Shown: positions 29,654 to 38,452 of the stretch, one piece after another
How the letters are laid out: the number at the start of each line of letters is the position of its first letter
How positions within the stretch are numbered: position 1 is the stretch's first letter
Source of the DNA: an uncultured Nitrososphaerota archaeon
GTDB lineage: Archaea > Thermoproteota > Nitrososphaeria > Nitrososphaerales > Gagatemarchaeaceae
NCBI GenBank assembly: GCA_963703285.1
Contig: OY969807.1
Span: 1,056,001 to 1,120,000 of the forward strand
Direction of reading: 5' to 3'
DNA length: 64,000 nt
The notes under the pieces: generated by a model
Told to the model about the DNA's origin: nothing
Databases searched by the model: none
What the model saw: the letters and a program-made list of their open reading frames with translations, nothing else
Position numbers and translations under genes: made by a program

Positions 29654-29750
29654 GGGCCGGTAGCTCAGAGCTCCAAAAAGGGGCGGGCAGCTTAGCTAGA
29701 GCACTCGACTGATAATCGAGAGGTCGAGGGTTCGAATCCCTTCCGGCCCA
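29654..29750 (+). tRNA. tRNA-Ile(GAT) with a D-loop intron (29669-29690)
   Basis: GGGCCGG/CCGGCCC-A; CTCGA-CTGATAA-TCGAG; GAGGG-TTCGAAT-CCCTT; BHB-like GCTC-AGA-GCTCC..GGGGC-GGGC-AGC. Confidence 0.88.
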
Positions 29751-29838
29751 TTTATTCAAACTAGCTTAGGAGGGACTCCGCGCTAGTCCGTAGCATATGG
29801 CGAAGAAATCAGCGGCCTTGAACACGACTGTTCTTACA

Positions 29839-30855
29839 TCAGCTTGCGTCCTCAACTCTCTTCAAGACTCGAAGAGCAGTGAGCGTAATCCATTTGCTCG
29901 GTTTGCTCGGCTCTTCCAACACGAAGGGCCTGAGCTTCTTCACCCTCTTCACGAGGTCGTCGTTCGCGCCTGCGTCCACGTCAGGGTGCACCTTGTCCAG
30001 TGGCCAGGTTCCGTCGATTCGGCGCTTGTCATTGAGGATTTTGAGGGCTGGCTTGAGTCGCCTGTCGTCTGCATATCCCAGCTTCGTAATCACGTCCAGC
30101 CCGATCAATACGTCATAGAAGTAGTGAACGGGATAGTGGAATCTAAACCAGGGCGGGTATCTCGCTTCGCCCTCCTCGAACAGTTTTCGCTCTAGGTAGA
30201 ATTCAGCTCCCCGCGAGATGGACTGCTGAATCCTCCTCGACCTCTTCGACTTCGGCAGGGCGGCGAAGGCGGCCAAGGCTTCCCAGCTGTCCAGAGTACC
30301 GTGCTCGTTCTTATTGTCACAGTTCCAGCCGCCGTCTTCCTTCTGGTCCTCGAGCAACCTGTCATACAGTTTCCTCACCCTGTGGTCGTCGCCGTAGCCG
30401 AAGTGCACCATCATGCGGGCTGTATTCCCTACGATGCACATCTCCTCGGTGAAGAAGTTGACCGGCGTCCCCAGCTGAAGCTTGTACTCGAAGAGGAGTT
30501 CCGCAATCCTTCCAATCCTCGGGTCTTCAGAGGTGAGTCCCAGGTCTGAGAGAACCAAGGCCCGCCAAATCGTGGAACGGTACTCAGGGAACTGCAGAAA
30601 TCTCAGCCAGCTGCGGACGCTCTTGGGCTCTCGTGGTTCAAAGTATCCCTTTGGCTTCTGGAGCCTCAGGATGTCGTTCGCCCAGCCTTTCTCAGGGATC
30701 ATTGAACGGGCTTCTCTTGCTTCCGGATCGTTTTCCTTGCGCCCGAGAATGTCAACCAGTGTGAAGTACCGGACCGAGGGCTGAGTCTCATCGAGCAACC
30801 AGCCTAGGACACGCTGGTTCAGTTCGCTGGACCCTGAATTAGCAAGCTGGCTCAA
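29839..30855 (-). CDS. Prenyltransferase/squalene-cyclase-like alpha-alpha barrel protein
   Basis: WLLDETQPSVRY, DQKEDGGWNC QW-like repeat, RFHYPVHYFYD and GEPSKWIT-like C-terminus. Confidence 0.75.
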   Translation of the reverse strand: MSQLANSGSSELNQRVLGWLLDETQPSVRYFTLVDILGRKENDPEAREARSMIPEKGWANDILRLQKPKGYFEPREPKSVRSWLRFLQFPEYRSTIWRALVLSDLGLTSEDPRIGRIAELLFEYKLQLGTPVNFFTEEMCIVGNTARMMVHFGYGDDHRVRKLYDRLLEDQKEDGGWNCDNKNEHGTLDSWEALAAFAALPKSKRSRRIQQSISRGAEFYLERKLFEEGEARYPPWFRFHYPVHYFYDVLIGLDVITKLGYADDRRLKPALKILNDKRRIDGTWPLDKVHPDVDAGANDDLVKRVKKLRPFVLEEPSKPSKWITLTALRVLKRVEDAS

Positions 30856-30918
30856 TGACTGGTATCAGGCCCAATTGGTCCTGACTTCGGGGATTTTTAA
30901 CCTAACTCGGTGTGCGAA

Positions 30919-31054
30919 TCGGCGACCGCCCATTGGACCTCGATTCAAAGGATGAGATATGCCTGCGCAAGCGCAATGAGCCTGAGGCGCGCCCCCCTCC
31001 CGGCGAATCTGAATGGGTTTTCCAATGCGCAGCGGTTGATTTGGCGGTCGCCGA
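30919..31054. repeat. Nested inverted-repeat element (candidate structured RNA or MITE)
   Basis: TCGGCGACCGCC/GGCGGTCGCCGA perfect 12-bp ends; inner CATTGGA/TCCAATG and GATTC/GAATC. Confidence 0.6.
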
Positions 31055-31196
31055 CCACTCTTCGGGTTCCCCATCATCGTGACCCGCCATTTTGGGGCGG
31101 TCTGGAGGACTCTCACACTTTCAATGACCCCTCCTCCGACCAAATAAGGAACTTCGGTTAGAGGATTAAATAGCCCGAACCAAACGAGAGTCTGCC

Positions 31197-31895
31197 TTGA
31201 CAGAGTTCGTCCTAGTGCCGGGAGCATGGCTCGGGTCGTGGGCGTGGAGGAAGGTCGTTCCCCTGTTGGAGGAGAAAGGTCACTCTGCCTACCCTGTTAC
31301 GTTGACGGGGATGGGCGAGCGGGTCCACCTCGCTTCGAAGGATTTCGGCATTGAAACCGCCATACAGGACGTCCTGAACATCGTCAAGTACAACGACCTC
31401 GACGATTTCGTGCTAGTGGGCCACAGTTTCGCTGGCAAGGTCGTGGCAGCCGTGGCGGACCGCGAGCCTAAGAGGGTTAAGAAGCTCCTCTACGTCGACG
31501 CGTTCCGGCCCGGGAAGGTCAGAACGCCGCAGGGTGCTTTCAACCCGACGGAGTTCGGGCCAATTCCCCCCGAGAGCTGGACTATCCCCTTCACAGAGGA
31601 GATTCTGGAGAGTATCGGAAAGGACGTGATCGGCCAAGACCGAACGTGGATGCTGTCCAAAGCCACGCCGTGGCCGTTGAGACTCGCCGGAGAACCGGTG
31701 ACCCTCTCCGGGAGCTTTGACAGCGTGAAGAGCGCGTACATATTCTGCACGGGCGGCGGGGACTCCGTCGAAGAAATCCTGAGCGGAAAGTGGGGGAAGC
31801 TGGAGGGTCCTTACAGAGTCATAGAGTCAGGGCACTGGCCGATGATAACGAAGCCGGACGAGCTGGTCAATGACATGCTCGATTTGTCCCGTTGA
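31197..31895 (+). CDS. Alpha/beta hydrolase (esterase-like)
   Basis: FVLVPGAW, LVGHSFAG nucleophile motif and SGHWPMI. Confidence 0.9.
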   Translation: MTEFVLVPGAWLGSWAWRKVVPLLEEKGHSAYPVTLTGMGERVHLASKDFGIETAIQDVLNIVKYNDLDDFVLVGHSFAGKVVAAVADREPKRVKKLLYVDAFRPGKVRTPQGAFNPTEFGPIPPESWTIPFTEEILESIGKDVIGQDRTWMLSKATPWPLRLAGEPVTLSGSFDSVKSAYIFCTGGGDSVEEILSGKWGKLEGPYRVIESGHWPMITKPDELVNDMLDLSR

Positions 31896-31943
31896 GTTCG
31901 ATTCGGCAACGCTGAAGACTTGCTTCCACGAGAGCGGGAGAAA

Positions 31944-32928
31944 GTGGCTTTGAAGAGTTCAGTCACTGATTGGCTCCTTGAGGAAAAACAACCTTCCATC
32001 AGGTATCTTACTCTGACTGATTTGCTCGGGAGATCAGAGAAGGACCCCCAGGTGAGGTCTGCCAGGGGGAGCATCACAAGCGTCGGCTGGGCCAAGGACA
32101 TACTTGAGAGACTCCCCCCCAAGCGAGCAGTTGGTTGACGAGCGGAGTCTCTATCAGCCAAAGTACGTGGCGACCAACTGGATGCTCTTGATCCTGTCCG
32201 ACCTTGGAGTCACGAAGGAAGAACCCAAAGTAGAAAACGCCTGCCAGAGATGGATGGACCTCTTTGGGACGAAGGACGGTGGATTCAGCGCCTTCAGCAA
32301 GAGGGAAGGCCACCTCTGCATCACGGGCAACACCGCTCGGGCGTTGGTCAAGTTCGGATACGCGGATCATCCTAGGGTGACGAGAGCCTTTCGGTGGTTT
32401 GTCGAAAACCAGTCACCGCTGGGCGGATGGTCCTGCTGGAACTTCGGCGGCCGCCACAGCGGAAGAAACCTAGACTCTTGGGAGCCTCTCAGCGCCTTCG
32501 CGGTCTATCCTCGTCAGAAGTGGACTGGGAGCATGAAACTAGCCGCTGAAAGGGGGGCAGAGTTCTTCCTGGAGCGCGAACTCCACAAGCAGGGAGACCG
32601 CTATGAGCCGTGGTAACGCTTTCACTATCCCATCCACTATTACTACGATCTTCTTGTGGGCCTCGATTTCATGACCGCGCTGGGCTATTCCAGCGATAAG
32701 AGACTCGGATATGCCATCTCATTGCTTGAGAAAAAGAGGAGGTCAGACGGAAGATGGAATCTTGACGGCGTTAATCCGGACGCTGGCAGCCCACAGGGTA
32801 AGTGGAACAGGGATCATCCAAAGCGGGCCTCGATCCCCTTTGCACTTGAGGAGCCCGGGGAGCCCAGCAAGATGATAACGTTGAACGCGTTGAGAGTTCT
32901 GAGCCGTCTTGAAGTGGCTAATCGCTAG
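31944..32928 (+). pseudogene. Second prenyltransferase-like alpha-barrel paralogue, broken by a frameshift (about 32115) and TAA at 32614
   Basis: Collinear with 29839-30855: WLLEEKQPSIRY, CITGNTAR, GAEFFLER, W*RFHYPIHYYYD and GEPSKMIT. Confidence 0.75.
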
Positions 32929-32988
32929 CTCCTAAGACTCGCGGACCGGCCTCAATCCAGCGTTGCGCATTTTCTTCTGACGAGTCGC

Positions 32989-33573
32989 TCAAAAGACGAA
33001 GGGGATGATTTTGCGAGTTCTCCGCTGATACTGGACGTAGTCGTTTCCCAGCTCCTGTACTAGCATGCTCTCCTCAGCCCGAATCCTGTAAAGATAGACC
33101 GATACGAACATCACGGCAAAGATGAGCATCACCAACAGATTGCCCGAGAGCACACCGAACCCCGCCCAAAGAAGCATGTCGCCCAGATAGCCGGGGTGTC
33201 TCACCCGGGCATAGGGACCAGAGGTCACCACCTTGTGGTCCTCAGCTATCATGAGAGTCGTGGTGTAGAACTTCCCCAGGGTGAGGGCCGCCCAGATTCG
33301 GACTCCGAGGCCAATCATCATGACTGCAAGGGCGACCAACCCTTCGAGAAGATTGATCGGGAATGTGAATGCGCCCGAAACATCCGCCAATACGGGCAGC
33401 CAGAGTCCTATCCCGGTCGCCGAACCGATGAGTAGCATGTTACCCCTGTCGAAGGGCCCTCCATGGAACGACTTCGCGCCTTTGGTCGGGCGCAATAGCC
33501 TCTGGATGATGAAGAAGGCCACTATCACGGCGTAACCGGCGAAGATGAACCAAAGACCGAGCGTTGAAATCAA
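32989..33573 (-). CDS. Isoprenylcysteine carboxyl methyltransferase (ICMT/Ste14) family membrane protein
   Basis: HKVVTSGPYARVRHPGY, RIRAEE and YQRRTRKIIP. Confidence 0.88.
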   Translation of the reverse strand: MISTLGLWFIFAGYAVIVAFFIIQRLLRPTKGAKSFHGGPFDRGNMLLIGSATGIGLWLPVLADVSGAFTFPINLLEGLVALAVMMIGLGVRIWAALTLGKFYTTTLMIAEDHKVVTSGPYARVRHPGYLGDMLLWAGFGVLSGNLLVMLIFAVMFVSVYLYRIRAEESMLVQELGNDYVQYQRRTRKIIPFVF

Positions 33574-33717
33574 GGGATTACACTTGGCGCTGTTCTAGGC
33601 TGGCCTTGGCCTCGAGTTTGGTAATCAGTCTTTCCTCGGCTACCCGGCCGTCTCTGGCCCAAGTTCAATTTCCCCCTAGACACGCTAATTAGACGATAGA
33701 TAGCCGAAGACGGACCG

Positions 33718-34119
33718 ATGGGGAGCATGGAGACGGTCAAGCGGTTCGTGGACGCAATCAACAGCCATGATGTGAAGGGACTGGTCGGACTCATGACAGG
33801 AGACCACGCATTCGTGGACTCGCTCGGGGACGAGTACACTCGTCCAGCCATCGAGACCGGCTGGGCCGAGTACTTCGATATGGTGCCGGACTACTTTGTC
33901 GAGATAGACAAGACTGCTATCCTCGACGATGATTCTTTGATCCTGGTAGGGAGGGCGGGAGGAACCTACGCTCCCGGTGGCGCACCCCTCATGAAAGAGA
34001 ACGGATGGCAATCGCCGGCTGTGTGGATCGCGAAGGTGCATGGTAGTAGGGTGTCAGAGTGGAGGAAATACTCGGACAACGAGGCGATCAGAGCGAGGAT
34101 GAGGGCGAACAACCGGTGA
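33718..34119 (+). CDS. SnoaL/NTF2-like protein
   Basis: VKRFVDAINSHD...FVDSLG...PAVWIAKV..RVSEWR. Confidence 0.8.
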   Translation: MGSMETVKRFVDAINSHDVKGLVGLMTGDHAFVDSLGDEYTRPAIETGWAEYFDMVPDYFVEIDKTAILDDDSLILVGRAGGTYAPGGAPLMKENGWQSPAVWIAKVHGSRVSEWRKYSDNEAIRARMRANNR

Positions 34120-34212
34120 ATCGAGTTCGACCAAATCGGGAAGACCTCGAATTTGAGAGTCCGAGAGTGAAGGAAAGCTTTTCTTTTGTTATTCTAGCAC
34201 TCCGCAACTCGG

Positions 34213-34932
34213 GTGACCTCGACGGTTCACGTGGGCGTCTCGGGCTTCAGCTATCCCAGCTGGAAGGGGGCGTTCTACGGCGAGGGCACGAAGAGCGAGG
34301 AATTCCTCAACGAGTACTCCCGACGTTTACGAAGTGTCGAAATCAACAGCACGTTCTACGCGTTCCCAACATCGGCCACGATGAAGAGCTGGTCGACGAA
34401 GACCGACGAGGAGTTCAGGTTCTCCTTCAAAGCGCCGAGGCAGATCACACACGTCCTGAAGATAGGGAAGGGGTCCTTCGAGCTCGCGGAGATGCTCTCG
34501 AAGACGGTTGACCTGTTGGGGACTCGGCGCGGCCCAGTACTGTTCCAGCTTCCTCCCTATCTCAGGAAGGACACGGAACTCCTCGAGGAGTTCCTGTCAC
34601 AAACCTCCGATATCGGAAACCGCGTCTTCGAGTTCAGGCACGAGTCTTGGTTCGAAGATACGACATACCAGCTGCTTGACGAGTACGGCGCGGGCTTCTG
34701 CATAGCAGAGAGCGAAGATTTCCGACCGGTCTTTCAGGTCACCGGTGACCTTGCGTACTTCAGGCTCAGGAACGAGTCATACAACGAAAAGGAGATTGAC
34801 CAGTGGGCCGAGAAGATTAGCAAGACCATCAAGGGGGTGGGCGAATCCTTCGCGTACCTAAGGCATGACGAGACCGGCGAAAACGCTCTGCTGGCCCAGA
34901 GGCTCTCCGAGAAGCTGCGGGACTCGGAATGA
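34213..34932 (+). CDS. DUF72 family protein
   Basis: GVSGFSYPSWKG.FY, VEINSTFY, LFQLPP and FEFRHESW. Confidence 0.92.
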   Translation: MTSTVHVGVSGFSYPSWKGAFYGEGTKSEEFLNEYSRRLRSVEINSTFYAFPTSATMKSWSTKTDEEFRFSFKAPRQITHVLKIGKGSFELAEMLSKTVDLLGTRRGPVLFQLPPYLRKDTELLEEFLSQTSDIGNRVFEFRHESWFEDTTYQLLDEYGAGFCIAESEDFRPVFQVTGDLAYFRLRNESYNEKEIDQWAEKISKTIKGVGESFAYLRHDETGENALLAQRLSEKLRDSE

Positions 34933-35019
34933 CGGGGCGGAAGGAACTACCGCGCATCGCTGCAAATGAACGCACTAGTCTTAAATTATGAATGACGTGG
35001 ACTTGAAAAGACGCCTGAA

Positions 35020-35919
35020 GTGCGACACGCCATCTGGATCAAGGAAGTCAGGGTGCCCTTCCTGCTTCTCCCAGTTGTCTTCGTCCCGGTGGGCCTTGCG
35101 ATCGCCTGGGACTCCGGGAGCCTCAACCTCTTCACGGCTCTGCTCACGTTCATAGGTGCCCTAAGCCTCCATGCGAGCGTCAACGTCCTCAACGACTATT
35201 TTGATTTCCGCAGCGGCCTCGACTTGGCGACCACGCCGACGCCCTTCAGCGGAGGAAGCCGGGTTCTCCCCGCCAACGAGATGGCCCCAAGCACCGTGCT
35301 CTACGGCGGAATACTCTTCCTGGCCGTCGGAGTTGGCATCGGCTCGTACTTCCTGTACGTCACCGCTCTCAGTCCGATACTCGTCGGCATCCTAGCAGTC
35401 GTTGTGGTCTCCGTGGTCGGCTACTCCACAGTGATTTCGCGCTTGGGTCTGGGCGAGTTCGCTGCGGGTCTGAACTTCGGGCCGCTCTTGATTGTCGGGA
35501 CTTACTACATCCAGACTGGGACGCTCGCGCTGCAGGCTCTCCTGGTCGGGACGACTCTCGGAATTCTGGTCGCTGGGATACTGTACATCAACGAGTTCCC
35601 GGACACGGCGGCCGACGCGAAGACGGGACGCCGCCACCTCGTGATAAGGTGGGGAAAAGAGAGGGCCGCGTCCAGGTTCCGGGTATTGGTCGTCGGCGCC
35701 TACGCCGTGACGGTGGCCGGGGTGGTCCTGGGTGTTGTCACGCCGTTCGCGCTGATCTCTCTGCTCGCCTTCCCGAAGGCTTGGTCGGGAGCGTCCGTCC
35801 TCACCAAGAACTATGACGGGACGATGGAGCTCGTTCCTGGAATGGCTTCCATAGTCATGGCGACCTTGTTGACGGGAGCCCTCATGCTCGTTGCCTTTCT
35901 GTTATTGCACTTCATCTAG
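35020..35919 (+). CDS. UbiA/MenA-family prenyltransferase
   Basis: NVLNDYFDFRSGLD, FSGGSR and INEFPD..AD..TGRR Asp-rich motifs. Confidence 0.88.
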   Translation: MRHAIWIKEVRVPFLLLPVVFVPVGLAIAWDSGSLNLFTALLTFIGALSLHASVNVLNDYFDFRSGLDLATTPTPFSGGSRVLPANEMAPSTVLYGGILFLAVGVGIGSYFLYVTALSPILVGILAVVVVSVVGYSTVISRLGLGEFAAGLNFGPLLIVGTYYIQTGTLALQALLVGTTLGILVAGILYINEFPDTAADAKTGRRHLVIRWGKERAASRFRVLVVGAYAVTVAGVVLGVVTPFALISLLAFPKAWSGASVLTKNYDGTMELVPGMASIVMATLLTGALMLVAFLLLHFI

Positions 35920-35931
35920 CTACCAATACGG

Positions 35932-36303
35932 TCATGAACCCGACGTGGAAGTCCCTGGTTTCCCGTCATCGGGGCGCCTGAGGTCCCGTAGCATCTGCCT
36001 GAACTGTTCCTTGGTTATCTCTCCCCTCGCATACCTCTGGCGCAGGATGCGCACGGATTCGTTCCCCTCCCATCGCTGCTGCAGGTATCTCCTCCTCGAC
36101 CTCCGGAATGCCATTCGTGCGACCAACATCACGGCGAGGATCGCAATCACGAGGAGGAGGAACTCCCCGGGATAGTAGGCGCCCCTGAGCGCGAAGAAGT
36201 AGATCAGGACTAGGACGACGATGAGACCGACCGGCAGCATAAGGAGGGTTCCGACTATTCGATAACGGGCCGGAGCGCGCCCGGGTTGGTCGGGGCTAGA
36301 CAT
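35932..36303 (-). CDS. SHOCT-domain membrane protein
   Basis: 2 TM segments then ILRQRYARGEITKEQF. Confidence 0.85.
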   Translation of the reverse strand: MSSPDQPGRAPARYRIVGTLLMLPVGLIVVLVLIYFFALRGAYYPGEFLLLVIAILAVMLVARMAFRRSRRRYLQQRWEGNESVRILRQRYARGEITKEQFRQMLRDLRRPDDGKPGTSTSGS

Positions 36304-36415
36304 TCGCTCGGCGCCGTCGCCCGCTCTGGCTCAAATCTCTTTCTGGCTGAGGGAGTGAGTGTCTGGCGAGGCGAGGACCACGGCGCGAGCGGCGCGGCCA
36401 GCAAACTGACAGGCT

Positions 36416-37099
36416 CTAGAACTCATCGAGAGCCGCTATCGTAGCCAACACCATCAGCCTGGAAAACCCGGGGTCGTCGAGGTTGATGGTGTAGAGCCTG
36501 TGCCCTAACTGCTTCAAAGTCTGACCTATGTCCGGCCCCAACGCGTAGGACGCCTCGAAGAGTGTAGACCCGTCAGGGCCCTGTGCAGTGAACGTCGCGA
36601 CCCCGGCGGAGAACACGAGGGTGGCGAGCCTGTTTCCGCTTGCGTCCTCGAGCCAGCAGTTCGGGGTGGACCTGCTCCTCTGGAGGTTGCCAACCTGCAC
36701 TACACCCACCACATTGTGGCCGGCGTCCTTTACGGGGCGAGTCCTTTGGGTCAGGTGGGTCTCCTGCGAGAAGAACCCCACGGTTGACCCGTCGCCATCC
36801 TCCACGGTGTAGTCGTGATTGAGAAGCGATTGCCTCCTGGCGACCAGGACGAGTTTGCCGGTCGAGTCTTTGAGATAGACGTCGGTCAGGAGGTGTTTGT
36901 AAGAGCCGGTCCCCATCTCGGCGGTGAAGACCGGCGGCGACTGGGATTCAGGGGGGACCGGGGCCTCGGTGACCGTGGGGGCGATCGGTTCCTCGGGGGG
37001 AGCTGGTGCGCCCTGCTCGGGGAACTTCTTACCGCAAGCGGAGCAATAGAGCGCGTCGTCCTCGTTTTCCGCACCGCACTGCGCGCAGTTCTTTGTCAC
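36416..37099 (-). CDS. Zinc-ribbon protein with LURP-one/tubby-like C-terminal domain
   Basis: CAQCG..N...A.YCSACG, Pro-rich linker, beta-rich domain ending MVLATIAALD. Confidence 0.6.
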   Translation of the reverse strand: MTKNCAQCGAENEDDALYCSACGKKFPEQGAPAPPEEPIAPTVTEAPVPPESQSPPVFTAEMGTGSYKHLLTDVYLKDSTGKLVLVARRQSLLNHDYTVEDGDGSTVGFFSQETHLTQRTRPVKDAGHNVVGVVQVGNLQRSRSTPNCWLEDASGNRLATLVFSAGVATFTAQGPDGSTLFEASYALGPDIGQTLKQLGHRLYTINLDDPGFSRLMVLATIAALDEF

Positions 37100-37155
37100 G
37101 GCCGTTCTGCCCGGGACAGCCGGCCCTATTTCAGTCGCGCGCCCTTCGATTGGTC

Positions 37156-37465
37156 CTAGAGCTCGCTCTGAAGAAGAGAAAGGATCTCCGAGTGAGCGAC
37201 CGACGTAGGAGCGTCGGAGCCGGGCGAGTAGTACGAGAAGTACACCCAGTTCATCCCCGTTGGAGTTGCAGAAGACGAGCGTCGACCGCGTGTCAGCTCG
37301 CCAGTTGGGGTCGAGGGAGATTTTGGTTCCTGTGCACCCTGCCTCGAAGGCGTCGAATTCGCCCATCCACACGGGTGCACGCCATCGCTCAGCGTTGTCA
37401 AAGAACGCTGTCACGTACTGCCGGGCGGTCACCCAGCTGGCTCCGAGTAGTTGACTCGGACCCAC
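37156..37465 (-). pseudogene. GH5-like glycoside hydrolase C-terminal remnant
   Basis: APVWMGEF nucleophile-type motif and NG(M)NWVYFSY after a frameshift; no N-terminal half. Confidence 0.55.
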
Positions 37466-37503
37466 TAGAACGATTTAAAAAATGAGAGATGGGCGGAGAG
37501 CAG

Positions 37504-38361
37504 ATGCCCGCAATCGACGCTGGCGGAGTGAGCCTGTATTACGAGGACGCCGGTACGGGCAAAGCAATCGTCTTCTGCCATGGAATACCCACCGATTACC
37601 GCGCTTGGAGCGCCCAGACGGGTCCTTTCTCCAAGGGCAGCAGGGTGATCTCGTACAGCAGACGCTATGCCTACCCGAACAAGCGCCAGGGGGACGTCTC
37701 CGACAGCACGATCGAGAACAACGCGGCCGATCTCAAGGGTTTCATCGAGAAGCTGGGCGTGGGACCGGTCGACGTCGTGGGCCACTCCTACGGAGGCTTC
37801 ATCGCGGCCCACCTTGCGGCGGACCATCCCGACCTAGTACGCTCTCTCGTCCTTGTCGAACCCGCGATCTCAACCCTTCTCGTCGAAAACGAGAAGAGCG
37901 GCGCCCAGATGGTCTCCCTCCTCCTTCGCAGTCCCTCAGTCGCACTATCGGCAAGGAAGTTCCAAAACGGTTCTCTGTACCCTTCGCTCAAGGCCCTTGA
38001 TGCGGGACAGAACGACGCGGCCGCGAGGCTGAACGTGGACGGCGTCCAGGACCTCCCCGGGGCGTTCGCAAGCCTGACCGAAGCGCAGCGGCAGATGATG
38101 GTCGACAACGCCAAGACGATCGCTGAGCTCAGGACCCGGTTCCCGCCCTTCAAGGAGAAGATTGGGAAGATCACGTGCCGGGCCCTGGTGGTCAACGGAG
38201 AAGTGAGCGCACTCTGGCTCAGGCGGATTGGCCAACTGACCGCCGCCTCGATCCCGAAAGCTCAGGCCCTGAAGGTGTCCAAGTCTAGGCACTTCCCGCA
38301 CATGGAGAACCCTTCCGAGTTCAACGAGGCGGTCATGAGGTTCCTATCAGGGAACGCCTGA
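37504..38361 (+). CDS. Alpha/beta hydrolase
   Basis: VFCHG, VGHSYGG, LVEP and HFPHMENP. Confidence 0.9.
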   Translation: MPAIDAGGVSLYYEDAGTGKAIVFCHGIPTDYRAWSAQTGPFSKGSRVISYSRRYAYPNKRQGDVSDSTIENNAADLKGFIEKLGVGPVDVVGHSYGGFIAAHLAADHPDLVRSLVLVEPAISTLLVENEKSGAQMVSLLLRSPSVALSARKFQNGSLYPSLKALDAGQNDAAARLNVDGVQDLPGAFASLTEAQRQMMVDNAKTIAELRTRFPPFKEKIGKITCRALVVNGEVSALWLRRIGQLTAASIPKAQALKVSKSRHFPHMENPSEFNEAVMRFLSGNA

Positions 38362-38452
38362 GTGGCCCGATTCAGGACTGCTGTCGCCATTCATCCGATA
38401 GCTCAAATAAGGCAGCCGGCGTATCGTCCCTCAGGAGCGAGGTAGACTCGAT

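Noticed and set aside
32614-32616. In-frame stop in a conserved region as possible recoding
   Set aside because: The codon is TAA at an aromatic position (F in the paralogue), not TGA or TAG at a Cys or Lys site, and the gene also has a frameshift; error or pseudogene.
36416-37465. 349-aa GH5 / zinc-ribbon fusion ORF
   Set aside because: Artefact of a frameshifted GH5 remnant running into the frame of the downstream gene.
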